A stretch of 63,868 bases of DNA, filler included, from Reclinomonas americana ATCC 50394 (Eukaryota), in assembly GCA_048213135.1 (NCBI GenBank). It is 5 parts of 2 records of this genome, joined end to end, with 100 filler letters (N's around TTAATTAATTAA, not from the genome) between each part and the next. Parts side by side here need not be neighbours in the genome. Positions count along the whole stretch, not along the records: positions 17,238 to 35,281 come from PS015094.1; positions 35,382 to 51,670 come from PS015094.1; 3 more parts are not named here. One strand, written 5' to 3'. The translations under genes were made by a program, and so were the position numbers. The notes beneath the pieces are model-generated. The model saw nothing but the letters and a program-made list of their open reading frames with translations. It did no database searches and was not told where the DNA came from. Within the stretch, counting starts at the first letter, position 1. Each line of letters opens with the position of its first letter. Below are positions 25,501-38,310 of this stretch, one piece after another.

Positions 25501-28500
25501 GCTTGTCCCTACGTCCGCCCATTATGTCACCGACCATGTTTTGCAAACAAAGGAAATCGACAAGTCACAAACCTGCAGTTCCAGGAAGGCCGGGTCGTTC
25601 ATCATCGAGTCTGGCGAGAAGACCAGCAAACGGTTGACGACCACGTAGATCTTCGACTGCGTAATGGTCAACTGTGGGAGGGAGGGAGGGAGCAGAGGGT
25701 GAGGGTGAGACAACATCCACACACACCATGAAAAAGAAAGCGCACGCACCTTGTTGCCCATGCACGGGCCCTGCATCATCTCCGTGAGAGTGACAAAGGC
25801 CTGCGTGATAATGTGCAAGTTGTCGTCGTTGATGAAGCGCTCGAGCGCCACCACATAGTCGACGACCTCGCGGACCAAGTTGACGTTGGCACGGCGTTCG
25901 GGCTGCTCACGCAAGTAGTTTTGCATCTCCAAGTTGTGGCCCTCGCAGAAGAGCTGCAGCAGGCGGAAAATGTGCCACGTGTAGTCCTTGGAGATGTCGG
26001 AGGACGATGACGAAGGTTGGCCATCGCCGCCCTTCTCCACAGTCGCACGACGGCTGCTCGACACCAGCTTCTGTCGACTCTTGGTCTCCAGCACCGAGCG
26101 ATGCATGCGCAGTTGCAGCTCCTTGTAGAACTTTTCGCTGGAATGACTGGCCAGCACCTCAAAGAAGGAGCGCTGCGTAGACGGTGCGAGTGAGGCAGCT
26201 GAATTTGAGACACATCAAGTCAAGGCAACACGCACCTGCACGTCGGCATTGCCGCCGTCCAGGAATTCTACCGCAAAGTGTATAGCTTCGCGCACAAGAT
26301 CCTCGTCTCCCGTCTCCACCAGCGACACCACCAGCTCAGTGGCCCCGAGACTGTTGAGGTCGTTTTGCAGCAGCACCTTCTCCTCCGCCACGTCGTCATC
26401 TTCGCCAGAGCCGTGCATTTGCAGCAGCTGGGTCAACACGTTCAGTGCCGTCACAAACAGCGGCTGCAATTTGAGTTCCGTCATTGTGCCGGCCTCAATG
26501 CTCTCACTGTCCCCCCCATCACACGCCGAGATCAGCGCGAGCAAGAACGCAAGACAAAAAGCATTCGAGCTCCACAAAAACAAACCGCATGAATGTGACC
26601 AGACGCTCGGCGTTGACCAAGCGACCACTGGGTTCCTCCTTGATGCTGAACAGCTGGCAGAGAGCCGCCGACTCGCGTGCAATCATTTCATTGTCGCGTC
26701 TGTTGCGCTCGTCACATGATCAGGACTCGCGAGTGCGGCGCACACCAGGTGCAAACGCGGTCGAGACGCAACAGTGCTTCAATGATCTCGGCAAACCGCG
26801 CACGCACAGCGCGCTCCTCGTCGCTCACCTTCTCGGTCAGAGCTCCATCACCGCCACTTCCTACCCGTGGTGGGAGGTTCAGCAAACGCTGTGACAGACA
26901 CACATGTCAATGCCAAGAAGAAGAGCACGAAGGAAAACGCTCCACCCTGCGCACCTCCATGGCGTCACCGATCAAGAAGCCGGCGCGATTGATGATCTGC
27001 AGACAACGCAGCAGTGCATTCTGCAGCGCCTTGTCCTCGGTGCCCTCGTACAGCTCTGCCAGCGAACTGCCGAGCAGCAAGCCGAGGTTGTTCCCGTCGC
27101 TGTGGGTGTTTGATTGCATAAAATGACACGGTCAGCGAGAGCAAGGATGGGACTGGACGGCCAAGAAACACGCAACACACGCAGTCCCAGGGTCTCGACC
27201 ATGGTCTCACGCTCGAACACCATGGTCACTGCCGGACACACTGCGTCCACAAAGTACGACGTCCAGGTGGCCTCCATGGCCTCCAAGCTGGCGTACGCTG
27301 GATCGACAGCCACCTGCGTACACACTGCCGTGAGCGGCTTCCCGACTTGACAATCATATCTCGCTGCTGATAGTGCACACCTTGCGCGAATGCAATCGAC
27401 TCAAGAAATCTGCATCCTCAGTAAACGACTGCAGCAGCCGGCCAACATCGGTGGCGTACTCGCTGACCAAGTCAGGCGACAGGTACCGGAAATGCACTTC
27501 GATCAGGAACTGCACCAGCACATCCTTGACCTCCACCACATTGGTCGGATCCAACATTTGCAAAATGCACTCGTCCAGAGGCAGGTAGCGCGCCACTTTT
27601 TGCCGGTTCTGTTGAGAGAACACAGCACAATGAGTGGAATGCTTATACAATAGCCTACAATTTGTGGAACTCACCATCGTGTACGTGTTGTCCTTGCAGC
27701 ACAGCAGCAGCACCTTGACCAGCGAAATGTAGTAGGCCAGCAAGCTCTCACGTCGATTGCGCAAATGATCACGATCCTGCATCAGTTGACTCCTGCAGGT
27801 GGGGGATTGTCGCGAGTGAGCGCAAAACTCGTGCGACCTTTTGCTGACGCGCACGGACCTCATTTGCCGTCCCTCGTGACCGCGGAACAAGTAAATGGTC
27901 TTGTGTGGCCGTTGAGCCAGCGCGTTGAGAATGACGTTCTGGTGCACGCGGTGGCTGCTCTCGAGAATGACCTACACACACACAAGCAGACATGCATTCA
28001 GCAATGGGGCGGCGTAAAGGAACATGAACGCATTCAACGCACCCGCAAAAACTCCACGTAGCGCGCGTGCTTGGATCGCTCGGAGATCGTGCGGATAATG
28101 TGATGGATGACCGAGTTGTCGAGCGACGAGCACAGTGCCGTGTTGCCGCGAACCATCTCCGTCATGGTCTCGGTGGCACCGAGGCTTGCACTGCGCACAA
28201 ACGTCAACAGTGAATACTTGCGAAATAAGAGCTCGCCAAACCGGGCACACGCGTTACGCAACCCCATCTGCGACATGAACAGATTCAAGTACGGCGACAG
28301 TGCCATTTGGTTCTCCTCGTTGCCTTGCACAAACTGCATCCTGGTCAACAGAAATCACATATCGAAGCGACAGTTCACGCACACACGCACCACTTGAAGC
28401 AGGGAGTAGATGGAGCCAAAGAGATTCAGACGACCACTCTCGCGATCGTCTGCATCGTCGCCGTCATCAACATCCTCCTCCTCATCAGATTCGACGAAAT

Positions 28501-31500
28501 CGAGATCGGAGCAAATGTCACTGTGCTGATCGCCGTCAGTCGCCCGCATCGGTTGCTTGACGCGATCCAGGACACTGCTGGCGGACGCCGACTGGCTGGG
28601 CGCAGTCGAAGAAGACAGCACGAAGGGCTGGCGCAAGATGTTGAGCAGCACCTTGTGGCAGCCGAGACTGCGCAGCAGATTTTGCTTCTGCTTGAACTCA
28701 GTTTCCGAGCACGGATCCCCTGTGTGGATCACGGATGTCAGCTGCATGAGGCACAGAAACCAGCGCGAGTGCACGAAACGGAGAATGCCAATCAGACGCT
28801 CCACGGTGGCCAGCAGCTGGTGCTCACTGGCGCGTCGGTCGGCGGCCGACACCGACACCGAGTTGGCGAGAGCACCGCCCAGATTCTGCACCTGCTCCTT
28901 GATGCGCGCAGTCAGCGACGTCTTGGCCTCGCCGAACAGCAACTGAATGTCCTCCAGTGCACGAATCAGGTCTGGCGCTTGTCTGCACCACGACACGAGT
29001 CAGTGGGGCCACGCATTTCGGGCAAGACACAAAGCAATGGGCCGCACCGGTGGTCGCGGAACAGGAAGCGGAAGGCGTGCACACGCAGCGGCTCATAGTC
29101 GTACAGGCACAGATGCAACAGCACTTGATCCGAGTCCAACTGCTGCCGAATGTCGTCGTACTCCTGCACACACCCAGATGGTTAGCGGTTGTGGAGATGC
29201 ATCGGCGGAGAAAGGACAAGGCTCACCGCCAACAAATCCCGGAAAAAGTCACCGGCAGTTGTCGGATCGCGCGCAAATGCTTGCAGGAACAGATCGATGC
29301 GCGTGTTGAGACGAATGTCGAACAGAATGTTGAGCAAGCGAATGATCTTCAGCTTGCACTCCTGCACAGCGTGGGGATATGTGTAAGAGACATTCGATCA
29401 CAACACTCCATAATCAAACACAATCACACACCATGATGATGAGATTCTTCTCCGTGCGCTTGTACCTCGCATCCATGGCCACTGTGCGCATCGAGACAGT
29501 CAATGTGCCGTGCCACGCACATGCAGACAAAGAGAGAAAGCAACTGTCGCGATACACGTCGGTGCGCCCGTCGAGCATGAGGAAGAGGGCACTGGAGAGT
29601 GACGAAGCCATGACCTCGTTCGAGACCACGCCTTGCAGAAGAAGCGACTCGAGCACTTTCAGCAGCTGCATTGCCATGGTGAGCTCGACGATGTATCATC
29701 ATGTGTTGAACATGGAGACACCCCTACCGTGATAGTGAGGCGATTGGCCTGCGAGTTCGCCACGTCCTGCACGGCGTTCTCCTTGACCAGGTCGATCACG
29801 TACGACAGCACCTCCTCCTTGGCACGCAGCAGCATTTCGAGTTGCGACGGCGACATGCCCATGGTCGGCACACTGTGAGAACGCAAAAAAGCGACATTGT
29901 CGTCATAAGCTGTGGAGGCAGCGCAAAACTGGACGATGCGAAAGAATGCACCTGAATTGACGAGTCAGCGGCATCTTGGAGGCCACAGAGGCTGGCGACA
30001 AGTCACTGTACGCTCGCTGCTCAATGTCACTCCACAGCTGCGCGCAGCCATAGTGAGGAGGAGGAGGAGGAGGAGGCAGACACCCCAAGAAGGCGCACAC
30101 AAGGGGAGCGCGCGATTGAACGCACCCACATCGATTGCACCAGCGGCGTCTTTTGCGGCACGTCCAAGTACAAATTGAGCAGCAAGTGTGCAAACACTGC
30201 ACGAATGCGCTCGTCCAGGTGCGCGCAGCGAACGACGNNNNNNNNNNNNNNNNNNNNNNNNNNNNNNNNNNNNNNNNNNNNNNNNNNNNNNNNNNNNNNN
30301 NNNNNNNNNNNNNNNNNNNNNNNNNNNNNNNNNNNNNNNNNNNNNNNNNNNNNNNNNNNCCGAACACGAGCTTGAACGGGTACATTTCCGAGACAACGCG
30401 CACGCACTCGGAGGGGTAATCCTGCGCGAAGTATCGGCTTGAGCACTCTTCTGACATGCTTCCCGCATCAGTCTACGGTGACGCGACGCAACGACACACA
30501 ACAAGCCGAGCAGCTTGATCTCCGCAATGTATGCGGCAAACAACTCCTGATCACGCGTCGGCAAATCCACCAGCGAACTCGAGGCCTTGCGCGCGGTCTC
30601 ATCCCACCACGACACCACAAATTCGCCCTCGCGTTTGCACTGGGCACGCCATCCATAAGGCCCACTACCACACATGAATGCACGAGGCAAGCACACGCAT
30701 ATGTGTACTCACCTCGGTCTTGATGAGGAATTCCGGGTGCGCCTTGACAAAGTGCTCCATGATGTACATTTGGTTCGCGGGCACTCCTTGTCCGTTGCAC
30801 ACGCACAGCGCCTGCAGGAGACGCAGCGAGCTATGTGCACACGCACACACAGCACAAGGGTTAGAGGTAGGAGCACACAACATTCAAGCTGACGTGACAA
30901 CTCACCTCTCCTGACGACCACGCGAGCGAATGGCGTCGATGAACGGCTGCACGACTGTAGTCGGCGACGTGTTCACCAAGAACTCGGTGTTCTCATGCAC
31001 AATCTCCATGAGCGTGTCGGCCGCCGTAATGTCCAACACAAGCTNNNNNNNNNNNNNNNNNNNNNNNNNNNNNNNNNNNNNNNNNNNNNNGCTCAAGCCA
31101 CAGTCATCAGTGCCCACACGCGCACAGAACTCGGCTGACACACTGCGGCGTACCTGCTTCTGGAAGAACTCGGCCCACTGCGACATGTACAGGCGATTCC
31201 GCTGATTGCCCTTGCAGGCCTGCTTGATGAGGCGGTACACCATCGCCAACGTGGTCCGCATGGGCGCAAAGTCTGGGCTCTGCAGCAGCTGCGCCGTGAG
31301 CGTGCCATCACCGAACGGAGCCTCCAGCATGTTGCGGCACAGTCGCAGCATCTGTTTCAAAACAGAACAGAACAGAGTCAGCAGTGATTCCGTGCGGAGC
31401 AAGACGCGAGCAGCGGACCTCGGTGTCGCGGAGCATTTTCTGGCGTGCCGGGTACGGAACACCCTCGCGCGTCATGGGGTCGGGATTGTCTGAGTCGGTG

Positions 31501-34500
31501 CAGAAGCGAATCAGCTGCTTCAGCGCCCACACAGTCGGCACGGCGTGCGCCGACGTGTAGATGTCGTTGCGCGTCATCTGCATGCACGAATCAGTACATG
31601 GGGAGGAGAGGAACACAAGAGATTCCTGTCGACGACACGCACCAGTTCGACAAACTGCGACAGCGGCTTGTGCAGCGACTTGACAAAGATGAGGTCGGCC
31701 ACCATCTCCTGAGGACACGGTCGAATCGCAAACGCATCCTCGTCGACGGGTTCGTCCGACAGCGACACCTGTGTACGAAAAGGCTCCGTGCGTGAGCCCA
31801 TTTCACCGCGCAACACAAGCATTTGCAGGCGAGTCGCGCAACGTAAATGTTGGCCGACTCGGGATCAGCCTTGTTGGCCACGTGCAGCGGGTTGAACCGC
31901 GGAATGATGGCAATGGCCTTGGGGGACTGCGGGACGTCGGTCACGGCCGTGCCGGAGGCGTTCTCGGGGCTCTGTGACGCCAGGAAGGCGTTCGTCGACT
32001 TGTGGTGCACTCGGACGTAGCTCTGCAACGGGATGCTGCCCTTGCCCTGAGAAACACGGTGGTGAGCTTGCGTGCAAGCGACCGTGAAACGGAGAGAGTG
32101 GTGGCGAAGAACGAAACAAAGTAGAACACCGAAGTCAGCATGAAGATGCAGCCGGCGTGCATGCGATCGGGGCTCAGAAACACGCGATGCGTTTGCATGG
32201 AGCGAAGAGACCGCATATCTGTGTGCACACGAAAAATTCACCATGAGCTGTGTTGTTGCAACAGCAGATCTGCACATGCGACTCACGGCGGAAGGCGCGA
32301 GTGCCGACTTGGATCATACGGACAGCCCGCTTGAACAGCGCACGCGCATCTGCACCGAGATCCATCAGCACAGTTCTCCAGTACATACACACGCAGAACA
32401 AACCCGTCTTGCTCAAAATGCCCTTTCCACGACCGGCGTTGGCAGCTGCGGTGGCCACCGCATTCGGCAACGCTGCGGGATCGTCGTCGGGTTCGGCAAA
32501 ACTGCCGCACAGATACATGCTAGAGGCCAAGTGCTTCAGCCGGAACTCTTTGTTCCACGAGCACAGACCGCCGACGGTGGCGTCCTTCATCTCCACCTCC
32601 CACATGAAATTGACACTCGTGTCCTCATCGCTGCCGGGAATCTTGATGCTGATGCGGCTCTCGGCAGCTGTGTCGTGTGGCACGCAAGTCAGTCCCTGTC
32701 AACCCTGTCTTGAGATAAACGGAGAGAAGAGACGCACGATTCTGGCCGACGGCCGCCACAGTCAAGTATCCCTCCAGTTCCTTGTGGTACAGCATAATCA
32801 CGTCACCTGCGCAGAGTGAGTAACACGATTGTGCGCGTCATAATGCTGCAGACACACCAGCTTTCAGGTAGGGATTCTGCTGCTCGTCCGGTGCGTACGG
32901 TGCAAACGGGAACATGCGCCATCGCTGCGTGTCGGGGCTGGCATTGACTTCGTATTGCGGTCGCGAATCGGGTGACGGTGACGGTGGCACAAAAGACGCC
33001 GCCTCTGCAGAGCAGCCAACGTGAGCCGTATGGGGGAAATGAGGACAAACGCAATGGTGGCGGGGAAAAACGCACTCGAGGCTGACGGCGTCTGCAGGAG
33101 CTCCTTGGCCGACATGGACGGCGTCAGAGCCTGCGGTCGCAGCGGCGTGCGCGACGTGTTCAGGTGCAAGCGGAACTTGCGACTGGTGAGCACCACCTGG
33201 TCGCGCAGGTGCACCATTTCGCCATCGTGAGCGAGTTTGGTGCCGGGACGAATGATGAAGCCGCTGCCGGAGCTGCCGCGCGAGTCCAACCGGATCTGCA
33301 GGCAGCTCTTGTCCACGACGGCGGCGTCCCGGAACACGGAGATGAAGTGACCGGTGCGCACGTGTTGCAACTGGAGCCGCCAGAGAGTTACAACGACTTC
33401 CACAGAAGTGAACGAACTGACGGCATCAGCGATGCTCACCTGAATCACATCGCCGTACTTGACAGCCTTTCCAATGGAGCGCGTCAGCTCCATTTCGTTC
33501 TCCTTCATCTCGGTCTCGCGGTCACGCTGTTGGTGGTGAGGTGAGGAAACAACAAAGCATCGATGTGCGTCGGCAGTGAGGCTGCCGTACACGTACCCAG
33601 GCAAGCTTGAGTGCCACAATGTCCTCACGATCCCAGTCGCGAGGTGGCTCCGCCAAGTCAATGTTGGTGACGCGCGCCGCATCTTCGTACGATTTCTTGA
33701 AGATGTTTTGTGCCGTGTACTTGCGTGCCGGCACGACGACAAAGATGCACTCTGCGCGAAAGGGGAAATCAGAGCGCCGTCCATCAATATGCGCGGGATT
33801 AGAGACAGGTACCTTTGAAGCTTCGTGGAGGCGTGGCCTTGGTGCCTTCGGCAAGGAACAGTGCATTCTCCACGACACTGCGCACGCACAGAAGAGTCAG
33901 ACACAGCGGAGAAAGTGCATGCAGAAGTCGCCACGCACCCATCGCAGCACGCAAAGCCCTCCACTACCTCCTCGCTGAAGAGAGAGATGTGGTCGCCGTA
34001 GTGCAGCACCTCCAACCGTGTCAATTGTGCTACCGAGGCGGCCTGTGCCAGGGACGCCGCCGCTGCACTGCTGCCGCTGGCGGCGCCTGCCTGGGCGGAC
34101 GACGCCTTGGCAGCGGCGGACGACGGCGCAGCGCCCGACGCGTTGGGACTGCCGTGGTTGGTGGGCGACACGGGTGCCGACTCACCACCAAGGCTGGCCA
34201 CCGAAAGCAGATTGCTGTTCGACGAGTTGGCGGCGGCAAGTGGCTGCTGATCGAGAGGCACCGCAATGGACGGTGGTCGACGAGCGGCCTGGTTGCGCTT
34301 GAGATTGGCGGTCACGCTGGACAGAATCGCGTTGCCGAGAGTTGACGATGGAGCCGCGGCTCCACTACCAGCAGCAGCCGCCGGTCGATCAGCAATGGCC
34401 GAGACGGCGGTGAGGCCAGAGACGATCGGTCCGCTGCTGGCGCTGCTCGCCGAAGACGACGACACTGTCGATCCGGTGCTGCTCGGACCCCCACCACCGC

Positions 34501-35224
34501 TACCACTGCCGCCATTGGCGTCGATGAGAGACGACGAGGACCCGCTACGCAGCGACGCCAGCAGAGCCCCCACATCGGTTGTCTGGCTGCTGCGACCGCG
34601 AGCCATTGAACTGCGAGGAGACCGCTGCGGCGACGCTTCCTGACTGCTGTTGCCGCTGCTGCTCGAGGTGCCAGCCGGCGACGGATGCCTGAACGAGACG
34701 CCCGGAGCAGCACCACCAGCACCACCACGAGGCGGCGACACTCGACTGCCCGGTGAAGCAGCTGCGGCTGTGAATGCAGTCAGCACACAGCGCAACAACA
34801 ACAANNNNNNNNNNNNNNNNNNNNGCACACAAGGAACGCAACAGCTGTTCTGCCGCGCGTGCTGACGACGACGCATGAGCGACGATGCTTTCTCTCCTAC
34901 TTGATCCTGTTCCGGCACTGCTTGTTCTTCCACAGGCGGCTGTGTATCGTTGTCACTGGCGCCGTTGTCGTCGACAGCGTCTGTGGCACGAAGGCGTACA
35001 GCAGAGGGTGGAGGCGACGGAGAGCGACGCGGAGGCGGGTCGGTTGCTTGCAGAGAAGACTCTTGCTGAGCAGGCGGAGGCGGAGGCAGAAGAGGAGGTT
35101 GTGCGGGCAACTGAGGCTCCCCGGGAGGCGTATGACAACTGCTGGCCAGAGGCGGTGGTTCGATGGCAGCAGGTGGAGCAGGTTGAGGAGGAGGAGGAGG
35201 AGGAGCAGCAGCAGAAGAGGGCAC
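22585..35224 (-). CDS. ITPR: Inositol 1,4,5-trisphosphate receptor family Ca2+ release channel (more than 35 exons; 5' end runs into a linker)
   Basis: Suppressor and MIR domains ([32 protein letters not shown]), RIH segments, RIH-associated [21 protein letters not shown] and [20 protein letters not shown]6 [16 protein letters not shown], and zinc finger CFICHL...[11 protein letters not shown]. Confidence 0.95.
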
Positions 35225-35381
35225 ACGCGAGGCAGGTGCGGGGCGCGAGAGAAAGTAGAGCGAGAGCGCAAAGGAGAGGAGNNNNNNNNNNNNNNNNNNN
35301 NNNNNNNNNNNNNNNNNNNNNNNNNTTAATTAATTAANNNNNNNNNNNNNNNNNNNNNNNNNNNNNNNNNNNNNNNNNNNN

Positions 35382-35436
<55 letters not shown>

Positions 35437-35505
35437 TCTTCTTCTTCTCCTTCTCCTTCTCCTTCTCCTTCTCCTTCTCCTTCTCCTTCTCCTTCTCCTT
35501 CTATT
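35382..35505. repeat. (CT)n plus (CCTTCT)n simple repeats
   Basis: Read directly at a contig edge. Confidence 0.95.
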
Positions 35506-35612
35506 CTCCTTGCCTTGTTGTTGTTCTTCTTTTTCTTCTTGCTCCGCTCCTTGTCATTCTTGCTCCTCTCCTTCTCCTTCTGTGTCGACTCTCACACGCG
35601 CGACTGTTTGCA

Positions 35613-38241
35613 GGTGAAAAAGGTCATTGTGCACGCCGAGTTTCCCCCGGGTCCGCTCTTTCTCGGTGGACTCGCTGTCATTGAGGTCCGCTTGCGTCTC
35701 TCGTGCTGCCTCTGCCTGTGTCTGTCTGTCCTCTCACTCGCTGTGTGTGTAGGAGATGCGACGGGCGCTGAAGCAGTGTGCAGAGAAAAAGCCAGTTGTC
35801 TTCCACTCGGATTCCATGGGCGAAGGCTCTGCGAATCTGCGCACGTACTATCTCGCCACTGGTGTGTGTCTTTTACCACGAGCTTGATCTTTCCGCCAAG
35901 GGTGTGTGTGTGTGTGTCTCACTGGCGAGGTGAATGCAGCGTGCAACAAGATCTTTGTGAATCCAACTGGTGCGCTTTGCATTGTTGTTATTTTCGGCAG
36001 CATTTGTGTGCTCACATCGCTGTGGCAGGTTATGTGAATGTGCTGGGAGTCACTGCGCGTGGCTTCTTCTTGCGTGGACTGTTGGACAAGAGTTTTGTGG
36101 TCCTTCTTTTTCCCGCTGGTGGTGTTTTTCTCTCGGAATCTCACTCGCCGTGCGTAGTTGGAGTCGAACCGCAGTTCCTCGCTCGAAAGGAATACAAGAA
36201 CGCCGCCAATGGTGCGTCTCTTGGGGCTCCTCTTCTTCTTTCCCCTGCGTGCTCACACTGTGACCCGCCCAGTGCTCACCGAGCGCAAGTTCACGGACGC
36301 CCATCGCGAGAGCACGATCTCGTTGCGTTTACGTGCACACACTTATCGATCTTCGTTTGCTGCTGCGCTGAACAACAAACATCGCGCAGCATCTTGGACT
36401 CGCTGCTTGATCACGTCATTGCCGACATTGCCAAGGCGCGCCACATGTCGGTGGCCACGGTGCGCTCACTGATCGACAAGGGTGAGCAGATGGCGCCTTC
36501 CCATCATTCTCCACAAACGACAATCGCTGATCGTGTGTGTGCGTGTGTGTGCACACAGGCCCCTATACGGCAATCGAGGCGGTGGAGAACAACTTGATTG
36601 ATGGCTTCCGGTGCGTGCGCTACCCGTAGCAGCTGTGTGCGGGAGAAGACACGGGTCTCACTTGTTTTTCCGCAGGTACCGTGACGAACTGGACGATGAG
36701 TTTGTTCATCGCGAGAACCAGCGATGCATTGGATTGCGCCAGTACATCATGTCGACCGAGTTTATGCGCACCCAGCGTTACGACACGCCAATCAAGAATG
36801 CCGTGCGTGCCGTGCAAGCTCGCCACCTGGACAAGATCGCCCTGGTCTACGCCAATGGCGTCATTCAGCGAGGCAGTGCGCAGGCGGCGCCCTTTAGCGA
36901 CAACGAAAATATCGCCGCAGAGACGTTGCGTCGTTTCTCGCACACAAACCACACTCCGCACAGTCGACTGACTCGGGACTGTGTGTGCNNNNNNNNNNNN
37001 NNNNNNNNNNNNNNNNNNNNNNNNNNNNNNNNNNNNNNNNNNNNNNNNNNNNNNNNNNNNNNNNNNNNNNNNNNNNNNNNNNNNNNNNNNNNNNNNNNNN
37101 NNNNNNNNNNNNNNNNNNNNNNNNNNNNNNNNNNNNNNNNNNNNNNNNNNNNNNNNNNNNNNNNNNNNNNNNNNNNNNGTGTGCGTGCGTGCCACAGCAT
37201 GTGTGCCCTTCTCCGCAAGATCCGCAACGACAAGGACGTGAAGGCGGTGGTCATGCGTGTCGACTCGCCCGGCGGCTCCGCGATTGCGTCGGACGCCATT
37301 TGGCGCGAGGTGGTCGCACTGCGCGAGGCCGGCAAGCCAGTGGTGGTCTCGATGGGATCCGTGGCGGCCTCGGGTGGCTACTACATCAGCATGGCGGCCG
37401 ACACCATTTTTGCCGAGGCGACGACGGTGACTGGCAGCATTGGTGTCATTTTCGGCAAGCTCGTCGCCAAGCGTCTCCGTGAATGGTGCAAAAAAGCGTC
37501 GAGGTAGTTTGTTGCGCCGTTTCCTCTGCTGCTCACACGCCGTCCACAGGATGGGAGTGACGGACGATGTGGCGGTTGTGCGCGGCGAGACCAGCGACCT
37601 GTACAACAATGCGAATCCGTGGACGCCGGCTGAGATTGCTCGCATCGATCAAGTGCTGGTTTGGCGATTGTGGCACGCCTTCCCTTTCCCTTCCACTCCA
37701 CCCTCGTTGGACTGACGCATCGCTGCAGGACAATGTGTATCACTCGTTTGTGGAAAAGGCGGCGGCTGGTCGCGGAATCGCTTACGCGCAGTTTGAGCCG
37801 CTGTGCCACGGTCGCGTGTGGACGGGAGCGCAGGCCGTCGAGGTACTTGCCGCCCTTAGTTCTCCTTTTGTGTGTTTTGTGTGTGTGCATGCACTCACGC
37901 GTACGGACCCGCAGAATGGTCTCGTCGATCACCTGGGCGGCCTCAGCGACGCCATTGCCGAAGCCAAGCGCCTGTCCGCCGTCGAAGAGAGCAACAGCTG
38001 CGTGACGCACTACACACTGAGTGGCACGCCATTCGAGGAAGCGATGAAGCGCATGTCGGGCAAGGACCCGGAGGAGGACTTTGAGCAGCGCCACAAGCCG
38101 CAAAAGCCACAATTCTCGCTCGCGCTGGCCAAGATCGGCGCCCTCTTTGGCCTGCACCGCGAAGCCGACCTGGTCACCAGCGGAGTACTCGAGGGCCCGC
38201 TGATGCTCGACCTCGACGCATTCGAGATGTTCTTTGCCTGA
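35613..38241 (+). CDS. sppA: Signal peptide peptidase A / protease IV (S49, long two-domain form), 5' truncated
   Basis: KEYKNAAN (Lys motif), [33 protein letters not shown] (Ser), [25 protein letters not shown]. Confidence 0.92.
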
Positions 38242-38310
38242 GTACGTGTAACGCTACATTTACGCGGGAGGAAGAATGAAATTGCACGGAAATTCATCAT
38301 CAATCATATC

